Part shown: one piece after another, positions 39,081 through 53,079 of the stretch
Layout of the letters: every line of letters starts with the position of its first letter
Position numbering within the stretch: position 1 is the first letter of the stretch
DNA from: Eledone cirrhosa
Taxonomy: Eukaryota
Length of the DNA stretch: 64,000 nucleotides
Reading direction: 5' to 3'
Assembly: GCA_964016885.1 (NCBI GenBank)
Contig: OZ024740.1
Location: forward strand, 213,156,001 to 213,220,000
Notes under the pieces: generated by a model
Seen by the model: only the letters and a program-made list of their open reading frames with translations
What the model was told of the DNA's origin: nothing
Databases searched by the model: none
Made by a program: the position numbers and the translations under genes

Positions 39081-42000
39081 CTTTAACTCTCCTGCTCTGA
39101 GCCAGTGCTACAATAAAGCCAGAGTCCTGGTGTTTCTCCAGCTCAAGGCTCATACAATAGTCCACTGCGATGATAAAAAGGTAGGAAGCCAATGTATCTC
39201 CCTGGAGCACTCCAGCCAGTATCTAAAAACTCCGTCATCCCATCAAGTGTAAGGACTTGGGCTTTGTTGTAGAGCAGTGATATCAGGTCCACTATCCTTT
39301 TGGGAATTCCATAAGCTTGTAAGATCTTCTTCAAGCAGTGATGGTCCACAGAATCAAAGGCCTTCCTAAAGTCAATGAAAACCATGACAAGAGGAAGGCT
39401 CTTTGCTCTAGCTCCCTCTAATATCCTCCTCAGCATCAGGATGTGACTGGTTGTTGATCTTCCCTCTCTGCAGCCGTTCTGGTTGTCCCTGATGTTCTTC
39501 TCCATCTCGGGTTGGATCCTGTTAAGAATCATCCTGTTGAGGGTCTTTGCCACAAGTGACGTCAGTGAGATCCCCCTGTAGTTGCTGGTGTTAGAGAGAT
39601 CTCCCTTCTTTGGCACTGGGACGATGTTACTGATCCTCCACTGATTCGGGGCAACTCCTTTCTCCAGTGCCTGGTTACAGAACCCCAGGATGATATCATC
39701 AAAATCACACCTCTTCATCGCCTCTGATGCCACTCCATCTTCTCCATGAGCCTTGCATCTCCTTGATCTTCTTCTTGGCTCGCTGAAGCTCCTTTCTGGC
39801 GAAGGGTCCTGTCTCAATATCCAGTTCCTGAAACAGATGCCTGGTCTCCCCAGTGTTCTGGACTGTGGAGGGCGGCTCTCCTAGTAGGGTCCTGAAATGG
39901 TCCAGCCATTTCCTCTTCTTATCCTCGGGCCCTGTTCCCTGGATCTGACTCCAACCCCCTCTCTTCTTCCCTGTGATCTCGTTGATGATCGTCCAGCTGA
40001 TGATCGTCCAGCTCTCCTTACATTCAGATCTGTCAACCGCTCTCTCCACACTTCTGATCTTCTCTATCAGTGCTTCTTCTCTGGCCTCAGTGTAAGCGGT
40101 ACACAGAACTTCCTTCATCACCTCCATATTCTCCTTCTTCTCCGTAGGATCAGCATGGAATTGGTCCTTGGCAGCTTTCAGGTGTTCTCTGGCTGCACGC
40201 ACTTTTGGGTCTGCAGAGCTGACGTGCTTCCCCTTCTTCTCTCTCCTCGGCACCAGGGTCTCACTTGCTTCTGCCACTGCATTGGTGAAGTTCCCGTATC
40301 TCCTCGTCACACATCTCCTCAGTCCATCCAATCTCTCTCTCCTCTGCCTCTCCACACAGAGCACTGAACCTGTTCCTCACTTCTACTGTGTACCACTCCT
40401 GTAGCTTATCATCTTCCTTGAAATCTCCCCAGTCATAGATTGCTCTCCGGAGCTGAGCCTTCCTCTTTCTTAAGCTCACCCGGACATCACTCATAACAAG
40501 CCGGTGGTCACTGGCCTGTGTACTGAAGTAATAGTATGGTTCTGTGTTCAGAACACTATTCCGCCACTTTTCCCCTCACCAGAATGAAATCAATCTGGGA
40601 CTTGGACAAGTGCATATCAGAGATGTAGGTCCACATCTTCCCCGGATGTTGTTATGTTGGTGTTGTTATGGAACTACAAGCAAGGATCTTCACTGCTCTC
40701 CTTACTCAGATGTGCATTGAAGTCCCCCAGAACAAGCAGGATGTTATGAGCTGGTGTGGCGTTGACAGCTCTACACACTTCCTCATGGAACTCCTCTGCA
40801 CTCACATCACTGTCTCCCACGGTTGAACTATAGGCTGAGATGACTGTCAGTCTTGGGTTTCCATTGGAGATCACCCTCAACACTCGCGGGGAGACAGGCA
40901 TTACTTCCCTCACCAATATATTAGTTTTTGCATCGAACACAAAACCCACTCCTCCTACTGCAGCATTCGTTGTGTTTCTCACTGCTGATGTGGTGATGAG
41001 CTGACTCCTCTTCCCAATCATCACACTCCTCACGGGCTCATCATGTAGGATCCTGTGTTCTTGGATCGCAAGTATCTGCATACCACTCTCCTCGAACAGA
41101 TGACCCAACTCCTCTCTCTTCCCCAGCGTCCAAATAGTCCTCACATTCAGAGTGCCGATTTCAATGGTTCTTCTGCAGGACAAAACTGTATTCTTTATAT
41201 TTGTCTCAGAGACAGTTGATCCATCATCCACTGGCCCTCCTTGTGGCTCTAAGCCAGCAGAGTCATAACGACCAGACTGCTCCTTGACAGTGTAGTTAGT
41301 GGCCCTAACCCTACTTCTGTTTAATACACTCTCCATGGTTCTTTTTAATGGCTGATAATACCTTACCAGCACCACTCGAATAGGGTAATTATTTAAACCA
41401 TAAATGAGGCCCTAACAGGTACTACTACTCCGACACAGAGCAGACCTGGGAGTGATAACAACTAAGGGGTAACTCCACATTCCCCACACCTCCTGAACTC
41501 CCGCACTGGAGCCTTGCCACTGGATGCAGTTTAATGTCATACCCAGGAGTTAAAGTGAAAAAGATCTCAGATGCTGAATTTACTGACGACATAGTTCTGG
41601 TGACAAACACAGGGAAGGATGTAGAGGAGTTGATGCAAGAGGTGGAGACTGTGTCGATGAGTGTGGGACTGAGAATGAATGAGATTAAGACGAAGTATCT
41701 GGTAGAGAACATTAAGAAGCCAGAGAACATTATGAATGTAGGCGAGAAGTCGCTACTGTACGCTACTGTACGGGTCTAAGACTAGGACACTGACCAAGAA
41801 ATTCACTCAGATGGTGGATGGGTGCTACACGAGAATGCTGAAGATGGCTCTGAACATTAATCGCTATACACTGAGGATGAAGAACACAGAGCTGTACGGT
41901 AGCCTCCGAAAGTCAGCTCCAAAGTAACACAGAGGAGGCTGAAGTTAGCTGGACATGCTCACTGACATTCAGAATTGACACTGCACTCAGTGCTCCTGTG

Positions 42001-42140
42001 GGAGCCCCTACATAGACACACTAGATGAGTGAGACGGAGGTTGACATATGTTGATGCCCTAAGGACAGACACTGCTCTGTTGGAGACGCAGGACATGGCG
42101 GCGATGATGAGGGACAGAGACCCCTGGAGAGAACTTGTAT
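39081..42140. mobile_element. APE-RT LINE (RTE/RTEX-like) with 5' portion inverted (39081-41546 on -, 41547-42140 on +)
   Basis: - strand IGTLNVRT, LAIQEHR, LGDFNAH, NYRGISL, FIDFRKAFD, GVLQGD up to AQSRRVK; + strand continues [25 protein letters not shown]. Confidence 0.85.
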
Positions 42141-42143
42141 ACA

Positions 42144-42217
<74 letters not shown>

Positions 42218-42222
<5 letters not shown>

Positions 42223-43750
42223 CGTAGTTTAGAAAGCCACAACAATGCAGAGGGAAATCTCGAGGTAGGAAGTGAATGATAGATAGGAGAAACAGGAGAA
42301 AGTGAAAATAGAGAGAGACAAAGATGAAAACAAAACAAAGGTAGGAGGGTTACCGTAGTGGAGATTTAATCCCAATATTTCGGGCTCACGCCCATCAACG
42401 GGGGAAAGTTCCAAAAGGGAGGAACAGGCTAAGCGGAGAAAGTTGTGATGTCGTTAAAACAGGAATGCCGTTATGGGGAGAAAAATTATTTAAAATTTAA
42501 ATGAGGGAAAGAATGCGCGTGCGCGTGATAGGCTGTGGCAAAAGCTACTGACCAAATGGGTTAAATCAAGAGGGTGCGCTAGCGTGTGAAAGCCGTAAAA
42601 TATGTGTGTGTAAATATATATGTGTGTGTAACTGTGTGTGTATATGTGTAAGTGTATATATGTGTGAGTGTGTGTGTGTGTGTGAAAGATAGTGGGCTGT
42701 AGAAGCTGGAAATCATAGGGTGTGAAAGGTGGTAGGTTGTAAAACATGTGTGCGTGTATAAACGTGTGTGTGTAAGCGTATGGGTATACATGTGTGTGTA
42801 ACTGTGTGTGTGTATGTGTGCGTGTGTGTGTGAAAGATAGTGGGCTGTAGAAGCTGGAAATCAAAGGGTGTGAAAGGTGGTAGGTTGTAAAAACATGTGT
42901 GCGTGTATAAATATAGATGTGTGTGTGTATGCGTATGGGTATGCATATACGTGCGTGTGTGTGAAAATAGCAGGCCGTAAGGGCTGTGAATGGTCACTAT
43001 GGTTAAGTTAGCCATGTCAGCTCATTTCTCTCAGCCCGGTTGTTAAGTGGGGGTCTGAGGTTCTTAATAACAAGTGCTTCCTTTATCCTTAAGGATCCGA
43101 CGCTGCGTTCAGTCGCTAGGACTGTGACCAAGGGTCTACCCTGTGGGTTTCCGCATTTAAGGATGTGTTTACGGAAGGAATATGCGTTGGTGTTGATATG
43201 TTCCTTGATACGAACATGTAGGGGTCGGATGGTGCTACCTATGTAAAACTTGTTACATTTATCGCATTGAATCTTATATACGACATAGGTGCGTAGGCAA
43301 TCTGCCCCCCGTATCGGGCAGTTGCTGAGGGAACACGTCCCATCTGACTCGTCGGGTTTGTTGGAGAGGCATCTTCGCAGCGAAGGTCCTGTGTGGGCCA
43401 AATGTATGTCAAGTCCCTCCGTCCGTATGGCCCTGCGTATGGCGTTCGTGGTATATTCACTCAGGTGGGGGATTTTAAAGAAGCACCTGCTTTTATTTGA
43501 GTTTCTAGTGGGTGTCTGTCTATTGGGTCTGGGGTCTCTAATTCCGTTAATCAGTCGCTTGGGATAACCATTAGACCTGAGTAGATTACGGAATTGCGTG
43601 GTATGGGTGAGACCACCCATCGGGTCGCTGCATCTGTTAGTGATACGTGTCAGTTCATTTAAGACATAGCCTCTCTTAGCGTTGTTGGGGAGGGCTGAGT
43701 TGTAATGCACAAATAAGTCCTTGCACGCTGCTTTGCGGTAGAAGGTGCCT
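42218..43750 (-). mobile_element. Penelope-like element 3' part with GIY-YIG endonuclease and pLTR
   Basis: ORF 43003..43710 YVVYKIQCDKCNKFYIGSTIRPLHVRIKEH..IKEALVIKNLRPPLN; ends in (TA)n. Confidence 0.88.
42370..42405 (-). ncRNA. Degenerate minimal hammerhead-like motif in the PLE pLTR
   Basis: TCCC-CCGTTGA-T-GGGC-GTGA-GCCC-GAAA-TATT-GGGA, then ATTAAA. Confidence 0.4.
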
Positions 43751-43929
43751 CAGCTGCATTTCTTTTTTCACCTCCTCACTATTTCTCTCTCCCCTATCTC
43801 TCTCTCTATTTCTCTCTGTTTTTCTTTACATACATCTCTTCTTTTTCTCCGTCTTTCTTTTTAACTGTGCTTAACACTAAATATTTATAAACATATCACT
43901 ACCAAACCAACTTCTTACATAAAAGTTGA

Positions 43930-44788
<859 letters not shown>

Positions 44789-44971
44789 TAAATAATAAAT
44801 TCCATAGCGTCCTCCCACAGCCCCCTTAGGTCCCAGCGCCTCTGTAAACCTTCTCAATGTCCCCCGTGTGGGTGGTAGTGCCCACTTTCAGAACATCTCT
44901 ATACAAACTGAAATGCATATTTTAAAAACATTATTATAGATTTTGGTGTTTCCATTTCCATAATATAAATA

Positions 44972-45223
44972 CAGTGTACCCCGGGTATTCGCGGAAATTT
45001 CCTTAGAACCTAACTAATAATTGTTCGTGGAAACCACCACATATTCGCGGAATTGTAAATATCTTCAATGATATTTTTATGGGTTTTTTCATGGCTATAT
45101 ATATATATTTTTTAACGCTAGATTATTAATAAAAATATACCGTATTTGCCAGCCTATATCTTACGTTATGTAGGTGCTCAAGGAACGTAACCCCCCCCCC
45201 ACACTAATACTAAGGGACAACTG
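44972..45223. mobile_element. Tc1/mariner (pogo/Tigger-like) MITE
   Basis: TA|CAGTGTACCCC ... AGGGACAACTG|TA; imperfect TIRs. Confidence 0.6.
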
Positions 45224-45573
45224 TATATTCATAAAAGAATGCTAAAATTAAGCAGGAAATAGAAACTTTACAACTAAAGAAGGGCAAAGATGAAGTGTGA
45301 AAGATTAAGTGATTTTACTATATCTTTGAAAATAACAATTTGTAAAGGTACCAGCCACACAACCCCTCCCTCACCAACCACTACCTTGTTGCTGCTGCCT
45401 ACCAAACCCACAATACACACTGTTTCATTATAAAACAGTTATGGTGCTTGGAAAATTTATAGAATGTTTGCATTCCAAGTTACTTCACTTGCATGATCAC
45501 TCCATATGTGTGTATGCAAATGTGTATTTGTGCATAAATGTTAATGCATGTGTATATTTAGCATCACTGGATT

Positions 45574-45825
45574 CAGGGTTGGATTAAACCATGAGGGGCC
45601 TGGGTCGCTTCAGGTGGGGGCTCATACGCAAAAAAAATTAGAATACACAGCAACACCCCCCCCCCCCCAATTTTACATATCAAAGTTAGCCTAGGTATTA
45701 AATTGAAAAATTCTAACCATCTTAAATCTTAAACGCCCAACTGAGGGTCGTCGCTAATGCCCCCCCCCCTACAATTTCCCCCATTAAATCCCCCACTACA
45801 ATTGCCCCCATTAAATCCGACACTG
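45574..45825. mobile_element. hAT MITE
   Basis: Exact 8-bp TSD ACTGGATT (45566-45573 and 45826-45833); TIRs CAGGGTTGGATT / AATCCGACACTG. Confidence 0.85.
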
Positions 45826-47264
45826 ACTGGATTATTACCTAATTACTAATTTTTTATAGAGAATGTAAATGACTCCACATGACATTTCAAAAGTTAAGTT
45901 TCATACACGAAGCGTAGTTTCATTGAGTAGATTCAATTACCAATCCAAACCAAGCCCCATATGTCTTCCCTGCCCACATTAACCAATACAGATTACACAG
46001 TCCCTACAAGGAATAGTCATTAAAAATAAATCACATACGTCTAGAGAAGAAATTTGTGAAACAATAATTACACATTTTTGTGTTTTTATAGGTTTTTATA
46101 AACAACAATGAAGATCAATTGATAATTTATTTTTTTTACACTAATGACAGTTCAAAATTTCATAAGAGGGTTAAATAATAATCTTATTTACTATCCTGAT
46201 TCTGCAAAACAATGTTATGGTGATATGAAAAAAAAAAAAAAAGTTTATTATTTTGTATATCACCTTTGATCAAATAATCAAGCAGGATTGAAAAAAAGGC
46301 AGTAGAAATGTTTTATTTTATTGGTTGTGATCTTGGTTGCTGCAACTTACAAGAGCAGGAGTTGTCCTATTGTTTGTGTTTCTCTTACGTTTTCTAAACA
46401 ATATTTATTAGTAACCACACAGCACCTTTGTCACTTTTAATTCATATTAATTTATTGCAGTGACCTCCGTTCTATTTTTTCTATCTTGCTTGTTGTCGTT
46501 AATTCTGGTTTTGAACTTAAGTTCTACAATTTTGGATTAACTCTTTTCCTTCCTCCTTTCGCCCTCTCTCCCACTTACTTATTCTCTTTCTCTCCTACCA
46601 TCTATCTCCTTTCTCCTCCACCCCTACCCCCACCTCTCTCTTCTCTTTTCCTTCGCTTGTCCCTCTTTGCGCCTGTTCTTGCTAAGATCAGACGTTTTTC
46701 TTTTCGCTCTCTCTAGTTAATACAGATTCAGGGCCTACGCTCGGTCTCTTTTTAACTTCTCCCTCACTCCCATTTGTTACTGCAACTTACATGCACTACT
46801 GTCTCGTCTTTCCCCTGTCTATCGGTATGTTTTTTCTTATTTTCTCTCGTTCTCTTCGCTGTCGTCTCTGGGTTTTTTGTTCTTTTTTTTGTTGGTTTTT
46901 CTTTTTGTTTTTTTGTTCCCTACCCTAATAACTATAACCTGTAGTTATTAACGTACTGTCGTGAAATGTACTGTCTTTAATGTATCGAAACAGCGATCCA
47001 CAGCAGACAATCGAAGAGCGGGAATTGTTATATGTTTGTGTTTCTTTTACGTTTTCAAACTATATATATATATATATATATATAGTTGTATTTGGGTAGG
47101 TCATATTGTTATAATATTGCCAGAAATATACAATAAAACACACTCACTGTTTGGTTGTCGCTTCCGTATATCTTATATCCCTATAGTTAATTTAACTTTT
47201 TACTTTGATAGTTCTATTATAATTTCTCTGACATATACTTTCTGTAGAGATAATAAACACAAAC

Positions 47265-47510
47265 CACAAGGAAATGGTCCGAACTCCCAGTCATCAACTC
47301 CATCTCTCTCGCCCTCCCCATCTCTCTGTATGGTGAGCAAATGGGGTTCCACGAGCTAGCCTCCCCACAGCCCCGGCAGTCAGAATGGAGAAGGTGCTTT
47401 CCCGGAGGATGGTAAGTGAGATGCGCTGGAAGAGCCATTCCATCTCGCGAGGCTTACACCTGCGACTGGCCAGCTAAACGCCTTTGGTGGCGAGTAGGGA
47501 GGTAGCCCTA
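47265..47510 (-). mobile_element. CRE-like 3' fragment
   Basis: Homologous to 15330-15590. Confidence 0.7.
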
Positions 47511-47790
47511 ATTTAGCTGGCAATCGATGTTTACCATTGATTTACAAACAGTTAAAAAAAATATTTATATATATATGTTTCCTCCTGTTGTATTTTAATG
47601 TTTACTTAGAGAATAAGTAAACATTACAATACAACGGGTAGAAACAATATTATCACTAATGATGTCACAGGTGTGATGAAAAACTATGAGAATATTTATA
47701 TTTTTAACTGTTGGTCAATCAATGTTAAACATTGATTGCCAGCTAAATAAACTATATGGATATAAAATATACAGAAGCGAAAACCAACCC

Positions 47791-48989
47791 AAAAGTCGCA
47801 GTACTTGTGTCCTCCGTTGTATGAGCGCGCTTTCTGGAGTATTTTCCATTTAAGCGTGAAGGGGGTGGAGTTCCTTTTGAGGTCCCAAACATAGGAGGCG
47901 AGTGTTGTCTGATTTGATCTGTCCGGTCTTCTGAAGGAGTGGGTATGGGCATACCACTGGGTCTTGACTATGGCCAACTTTTTAGATGTCACTCTCGACC
48001 TAGATACTTCCTTCTATTACCCGTACCACAAACCTAATGAGTCCCTTAGATATATTAATGTTAATCCTAACCACCCCAAAAATATTACTGATAACTTAGT
48101 AAAAAGCGTCTCTATTAGAATCTCCGGCCTGTCGGCCAATGAAAATATATTTAACGCTTTTGCCTCCTACTACAATGACGCCTTCGCCCGCAGCGGATTT
48201 TAAAAAAAGATAACTTACCTAGAAACCACCGCAAGACTGCATAGGAGGAATAGGCATAGGCAGATTAGCTGGTACAACCCTCCCTTCAATAGAGAAGTCT
48301 CTACACCTATAGCTAGGATTTTCTTCACTTTGCTGAACACACACTTCCCCATACAACATAGGTACTACACCATCTTTAATAAGAACACAATAAGACTCTC
48401 CTACTCCACTACACCTAACCTAGCTAGGAATATAGCCAATCTCAATTCTAAAAAATTAAATAAGCCACCTCCGAACCCAATCCCCGGACTGAGGCCTTGT
48501 GCAATTGCCTAAATAAGGAAGCCTGCCCACTTGAAAACAAATGCCTGACAAATGATATCGTATACAAATGCAATGTCATCTCAGGCACCGAGGATTGCAA
48601 AAAAAACTTACATCGGCATGACCTCCAACAACTTTAAGACCCGTTGGTATGCCCATACCCACTCCTTCAGAAGACCGGACAAATCAAATCAGACAACACT
48701 CGCCTCCTATGTTTGGGACCTCAAAAGGAACTCCACCCCCTTCACGCTTAAATGGAAAATACTCCAAAAAGCGCGCTCATACAACGGAGGACACAAGTAC
48801 TGCGACTTTTGTATCTCAGAGAGCTACGAAATATTATTCGCCAAGGGTCCGCTACTGAACAAACTCTCTGAACACTGCCCGAACTGCATGCACAAAAACT
48901 TTGCAACTTTCAAATACCTTAAGCCAGTGTTAATGCCAAGATGGCTAAACAAGATTTCCCCCTTTTTTTTTTTTTTTTAAAACCCCCAC

Positions 48990-48990
<1 letters not shown>
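47791..48990 (+). mobile_element. Penelope-like element (RT thumb + GIY-YIG) preceded by an inverted copy of its own 3' region
   Basis: NFLDVTL..YHKPN..NHPKNI; YIGMTSNNFKTRWYAH; 47791-47965 is the reverse complement of ~48635-48810. Confidence 0.88.
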
Positions 48991-49019
<29 letters not shown>

Positions 49020-49024
<5 letters not shown>

Positions 49025-51202
49025 GCGTAGCTAGGGTGTGGCCAGCAGGGCACATGCCACGGGCGCTATATTTAGGGGGGTGCAATTTCGACCTAGATCG
49101 ATTTACATCCATGTCGTTTTATCATTTTTTTAAATATAAGCCAAAAATGAAGCATGTGATTTCGTGATAGCCGACTTCCACGCCATGTCAAGTGCACTAG
49201 ACAGAGCAGATGTCTGATTTGACTTCACAAAAACGATCCCCCCGCCTCCACACTGACAGCAGGATGGGTTGCAATTATGCGGGCGCTATTTTTAGCTATA
49301 CATTGCAAAACAGCGGATACCTCACTTGACCTCACAACCCCCCTCCCCTACACACTGACTGAAGGGACGTAGTTTTGGACGTGCAACTGGTGGACACGCA
49401 GGCGCTATTTTTAGCAATGCATTGCAATGACCAATACAAGATAATTATAATTATGAAGCTGGTTTACAAAACAGAGTAGTTTGTCTTTTCCATCTGGTAG
49501 ATAAGACGTATAGAAAAGGTATCATAATCCAAATGGCCAGATAGGATCGGATAGCTTCCATTAAGAATTCAATTTGACTCCAGTTTAGATGGTTCAATGT
49601 TTTCTTCTACAGTTCGTCAGAATTTACTAAATCGTATCCAAAAAGCAAGATACTATGGTCTTCTGATTGATTCGACCCCTGACCAGGCGCACCGAGAACA
49701 ACTGTCAAAAGTTGTGCGATATGTCGATGTTTATTTCAATATGAAGACGGTCGTTGTGAGGGAATCTTTTATTGGATTCATTCAAGTAATCAAAAAAGAT
49801 GCCGCAAGTCTCGTTGAAACAATCGTGAAAGAGCTAGAAAAAGATGACCTACCACTGCAGAACTGTCGATCGCAAGGCTATGACAATGCTGCCATAATGG
49901 CTGGGCACCGCAGTGGGGTTCAGCAGAGAATGAGAAGAATTTGATTCACTTCGTTAACTGCGATAACCATTCACTTACTCTGGCTGGTCTTCATGCAGCC
50001 AAAAACGATTCTGCTATGATGAACTTTTTCAGTTGCATTGACTCGTTATACAACTTTTTTTATTCTCGTTCAACACGACGATGGGAAGCCCTTAAAGAAG
50101 TTGCTCCAGTGGTTGTTAAATATCCTTCCGACGCGCGGTGGAGTGCTAGATGTACCGCAGTCAGACCGGTGGCGAATTATTTGACGCTGATTGTTCAAGT
50201 TCTTGAAAAAATTAGTGATGATGAAACAGAGACATGCGAGAGTAGAAATGATGCCAGTAATCTCCATAATCAGATACTGAGTTATGAATTCCTGAACTTG
50301 ATTGGATTCTGGAACACGATTCTCTCACGAATTGACCGGGTTCAAAAGAGACTTCTAGATCCAAGAATGAATTTTCACGATGCTGCAGCTGATATAGGAG
50401 CCCTTCAACTTTATTTTCAAGAAGAAGGAACATCCTTAATCCACGAGTCTCTTGAAATGGGCTTCGACCTCTGCCAGAAATGGAATGTCGATTTTCCGAG
50501 GCGAGGAAGATGACAAACCAATACCGAAATTACTGAGGACGTCGAGGTGGCTGCCAGGAAAGAGATAGAGAGAGCAATGCAAAGTTCACTCAATCGTCTT
50601 CAAACAGAAATGGAAGAACGGTTTATTTGATTTAAGGAAACCGACTCAAGTTTTGGCTTTCTTCTTGATGTCAACTATCTGTTTTATTTGGCTGCTCCTG
50701 ATAACCTTGTCCTTAAACAAAGGTGCAACAGTCTTACAGAACTATACAACTCCGACATCGACCTTTGCTGGATACTAGGACAGCTGACCCAATTTTAAAG
50801 TCGGAGGCACTTCTCCAATTCATCATACAATACGGCGATGAATGTGTTTTTCCCAATTTGCGAATCAGCATTCAAATAATGTTGACGATTTCTATTTCAC
50901 TTGCCAGTTACGAGAGGTCGTTCAGCAAGAGTATTTGCGAACCTTAATGGGCCAAAAACGGTTGACTGACCTTGCCCTTTTCAGTGTAGAAATCGAAGAG
51001 TTTGAACGAACTGATTTCGAGGAAATTATCAACCAGTTTGCCTCATTAAAAGCCCGAAAAATCAAGTTGTAACCTTTTTTTGTTTTTTATTATAAATTCT
51101 ACCGCAATTTCGTCTTTGTGGATCTTGACTTTTTGATGGGGGGTGGGGGGGGGACAATTTTGATGCTTGCCCTGGGCGCCGTTTACCCTAGTTACGTCAC
51201 TG
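49020..51202 (+). mobile_element. hAT (Tip100/ZMYM1-like) transposon, internally deleted
   Basis: TIRs (T)AGTGGCGTAGCTAGGGT / ACCCTAGTTACGTCACTG within (TA)n; LIDSTPD..EQLS, SQGYDNAA, FVNCDNHSL, ARWSAR, ERSFSK. Confidence 0.9.
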
Positions 51203-51778
51203 TATATATATATATCTGTGATGGCGATGAATTTGTTTTGCAAGGTTTTTTATATGAAATCGTGTGTTGAAACAAATATATAACGAATATATAATGGAAA
51301 CAGTTTTACAGTTGAATAGTCTTCAATGGAAATGAATGGTGGGTTTATACATACAGGAAAATAAGTTTTATGTTTATTTTATATACAAAAAAATGCTTTG
51401 TACACAGAAAGAAAATGTCTGTTAAAGTTCTGTATTATCTGTTTCAGTAATTCAATTGGAAATATAATTGGGAATAAAAATTAAAACCATATTTAACATT
51501 CGCTTCCATAATCTGGTCCCATACATTAACGGTATGAAAATATATCTGTATTAAAAATATATGTCTATACAAGTTAAACAATTCTTTGATTACTACAATT
51601 TGTTTTACATTAATTATAAGAGAAATAGTTTCGAAAAATACAAAAAAAAAAACAATAAAAAAGCATATAAAACAAACGATAGAGGAAAATAATGAGACAT
51701 GAAAAGAGATGGACGGAAATAACCCTTTGAATATTGGAATGTAAATACTTAGAACATTTTCAATATTTTAATGATTAA

Positions 51779-51982
51779 CCCTTTACCATTTACATTACTC
51801 TATATTTACTATTGTATTTTCACATATAATTATCTCACATAATATTGAATCTATGAGATTTTGATATTTGTTATTTTGAGAACACTACCTTAACATAAGT
51901 ATGTGTAGCCAGTTATGGCCGGTTTGAACAGAAAGAGGTGAGTGAATTCTAGCCGGATACGGCCAGTTTAAATGCTAAAGGG
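51779..51982. mobile_element. piggyBac-type MITE
   Basis: TTAA|CCCTTTA ... TAAAGGG|TTAA. Confidence 0.85.
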
Positions 51983-52204
51983 TTAATATCTAAAGAAATG
52001 GATTATTTTATTTCTTACTAAATATACTAAAAATGGAAAATAAAACATAATTCACGAAATAGATTTTTTAAATGTAAAATAATAACCAAAAAAATAAAGG
52101 AATAAATGATTGTTATGTTTTAGTGTCTTCTTCACTGGCAATAAGAAAAATGTGGTGAAAATTTTAATCAGTTTAGATAAGTAATGCTTTCTTCTCAGGT
52201 CTAT

Positions 52205-52375
52205 AATGATTTCTGATTTAGCCACAAGACCAACAATTTTAGGGGAGGGGAAAGTAAATCGACCCAGTGCGTCACTGATACTTTATTTTATCGACCCCCA
52301 TAAGGATGAAAGGTAAAGCTAACCTCGTCGGGATTTGAACTCAGAACGCAACGGGACGTAATTCTGTGCCGCAAA
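52205..52375 (-). mobile_element. SINE family A
   Basis: Shared family A core motif. Confidence 0.75.
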
Positions 52376-52539
52376 AAGTAATAAAATGATACAGGATGAC
52401 TTAATCAAATTTCAGATAATTTAAAAAAGAGATTAAAGCTATTCCTGAAGACAAATGCAGCTATACTTTTCCTCACCAGTTCATACGTCAATTACAACAA
52501 CAAATGTTCCAGTTGTTACCAACAGAACAGCCTTCTTGT

Positions 52540-52790
52540 GAAATTAACGTGCAAGTGGCTGAAATTTCCAGACACGCATACCCTTAACGATTAAGGGATT
52601 CGGAGTGACACAGAATGTGACAAGGTTGGCTCTTCGAATTACAGCTACAACACATTTTTGCCAGCTGGGTTGACTGAAGCAATGTAAAATAAAGTGACTT
52701 GCTCAAGGACACAACGCGCCGTCTGAAATCGAACTCATGACGTTACGATTATAAGCCGAATACCTTAACCACAAAGCCACGTGCCTTCAC
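52540..52790 (-). mobile_element. tRNA-derived SINE (related to family B)
   Basis: - strand GAAGGCACGTGGCTTTGTGGTTAAGG..GAGTTCGATTTC..CCTTGAGCAAG. Confidence 0.7.
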
Positions 52791-53079
52791 ACTAATTCAT
52801 ATAACATACTAATAAAACTACATCTTAAATAAACATAACTTACCAATGAGATTACTACATTGTTTTAGTATCAAATTCGGTATACACTCTCAGGTCCCAA
52901 ATAATAGGGGGAATAAGTAGGGGTGAAAATTCGATAATTTTTCTAGGTTGTCTCCCTTGATGATTTTTTTTCTTCCTTTTTCATCCCTACATTTTTACTA
53001 TCAAATCAAAATACTTAACAGAAATATATCTTATATATAAATAAGGCAAAAAATACTAAGATTTACCTACAACACACTA

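Noticed and set aside
49597-51072. Domesticated ZMYM1/ZBED-like host gene
   Set aside because: Frameshifts, stops, a missing N-terminus and intact TIRs indicate a decayed hAT transposon.
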